The position numbers were made by a program, and so were the translations under genes. A model generated the notes under the pieces. The model saw only the letters and a program-made list of their open reading frames with translations, ran no database searches and had not been told where the DNA came from. Shown here one piece after another: positions 62,346-64,000 of a stretch of DNA of 64,000 nucleotides (positions are counted from its first letter, which is position 1; the number at the start of each line of letters is the position of its first letter). Source of the stretch: Phoronis australis (Eukaryota > Animalia > Phoronida); assembly GCA_002633005.1 (NCBI GenBank), contig NMRA01000109.1, positions 656,624 to 720,623 of the forward strand, in the 5' to 3' direction.

Positions 62346-62764
62346 GCTTGTTAGAGGGGCATTTCGTCCCTCTTTAGCTGTCAATGTTGAATTCTTAGCC
62401 TAAGTTTTTTCGGGCTGAAAAACATTACCACACTTACCAAATTTTGAATTGTTACCAAATAAGCTAGTAAGTTACAGGCACTGAGCACATGCATCATTTT
62501 CAAAATTCCAAATTTTATGCTTGGCGAACCCTAATAGACTCTGAAGCGTTTTCTGGAGTCACTGATGGTTTCGAAACAGGAATAGAAACCTATTACAGTA
62601 AGGAATATCATGATGCCAATTTTATAAGGGTAAATTGTTCAGTTTTGTCTAATTCTCGTTTGCGAACCAGCTATACAAGGCGACATGCAGCTTTTTTAAG
62701 TATCGAAGCCAACAGAAAAGCTCAAGTTGACTTGACAGTTTGAGTTGATGCCCCTCTACAAGCA
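62346..62764. mobile_element. MITE-like element
   Basis: GCTTG(T)TAGAGGGGCAT ... ATGCCCCTCTACAAGC inverted ends. Confidence 0.5.
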
Positions 62765-64000
62765 GGTTTAACTCAATAGAAAAAGGCCTTTAGACTCAAG
62801 TGAATTAGCTTGATATATTTGCAAATCAGCAACATGGATGACCATAGCATCATTGCCACACATTAGGTCAAACATACTTTTAATACAAAAAATGCACAAG
62901 TCGACAAAACCATAATATGAATATGTCAATCTCAATATGGCGTACATTAATTTGGTCACGTGATGTGACCAACAGATAGCGTGCTGACGGGACTTAAATT
63001 TTGCAATACCATAATACATAAAAGCAGTGTTTTTCACTTTATCTTAATGTATAAATAATATCATGATCTTCCAATGACCTCAGTAACGTATTCAATCTGC
63101 TGGCCATGTGTATTCAGTGATTGCCTGGTTGTCAAAATCAGGAACCACCAAATTCAAGCAGCAGAGCTAACGAAATTAAAGAAATTAAAAAAAAACAGTG
63201 ACAACTGAGGCACAGCTCTATTTACAGTTGAACGAAGCCTCTCAAAAATCACTTGTCAACTGAACTGGCAATTGTCCGAAGCCAAGGCCAAGTCCAAGTC
63301 AAGGTATTGACCAATCAGTCTTGATTCGCATGCCAGGCAACCCAGGTTCAATCGGCTTTGGACAGGTGGATTTTTCTGCAGTGACACCCAACCAAGGTGA
63401 GAACCACACTCAAATCTCAAGAAGCGGATTTGAGTCGTGCACTCCTTTCCCCCTCCAACGGAAACACATAAAATCACTCCAAATTTAGCAAAGCAAAACT
63501 TCTAGCGTTAAAACAGTAGAACGTCAATTTAGGACCAGAAACCAACTTAGTTTGCGACGGAAGCGTGCAGTTTTAATGACATCAATTTTAAGCCACTTTG
63601 TACTTGCTATCTTTTTACCCACATCGATCCAAAGCTGTATATTTATACAGCTTTGCAGTCAAGCGTGCCGTGGCACTGAGTCACCGAGTGGGAGGGAGAC
63701 AGTCATATGTGATGACTCTCCTTACAGTTTTTGTAAAAGGCGGATTTCAAAGAAAACTGATGAAATGTGGAATGTGAAACCTTCACGATATTATAAAAAC
63801 ATACCTGGATTACAAAATAATCATTCTCTGACATTCTGTTCACATTTCCTGCACAAGAATTAGCAATCAAAAATTAAAGAAATTTGCATGTATGATAAAA
63901 AAGACTACCTCCAAAATGGAGACTGCGGCGTCTGATTCCGCTTCTGCTAGAATAAGATCTTGAGGGTTGGTCTTGTTTCTAAATCAACCAACATGACACT

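Noticed and set aside
63256-63600. Promoter/first exon of sarcoglycan (CGGAAG, TGACATCA, higher GC)
   Set aside because: Short motifs expected by chance and no convincing donor site.

Overview
Eukaryotic (invertebrate bilaterian-like), AT-rich, intron-containing DNA with two convergent genes, reconstructed by hand from GT-AG junctions with consistent phases. (1) + strand, 406-20652: the 3' part (13 exons) of a Fat1/2/3 (kugelei/Fat-like) atypical cadherin. It encodes the last cadherin repeats, a membrane-proximal region with an RRKRR furin-type site, EGF, laminin-G, 3 EGF, a TM helix and a cytoplasmic tail with GYHWDTSDW, ending in the PDZ-type motif HTQV. (2) - strand, 49730-28134: a gamma/delta/zeta-type sarcoglycan (7 coding exons, about 291 aa from the first in-frame ATG). 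The rest is introns and intergenic DNA rich in non-autonomous elements: Helentron/HINE-like elements with CTCF-like motif arrays, Kolobok-like TTAA elements with THAP relics, a tRNA-headed SINE, MITE-like hairpins and tandem repeats. The most interesting signal is a set of candidate alternative cassette/micro-exons plus an excess of (T)GCATG RBFOX-type sites in the 7.3-kb last Fat intron, the position where vertebrate FAT1/FAT3 are alternatively spliced. All alternative exons are predictions needing RNA-seq, and comparisons with vertebrate proteins are from memory.
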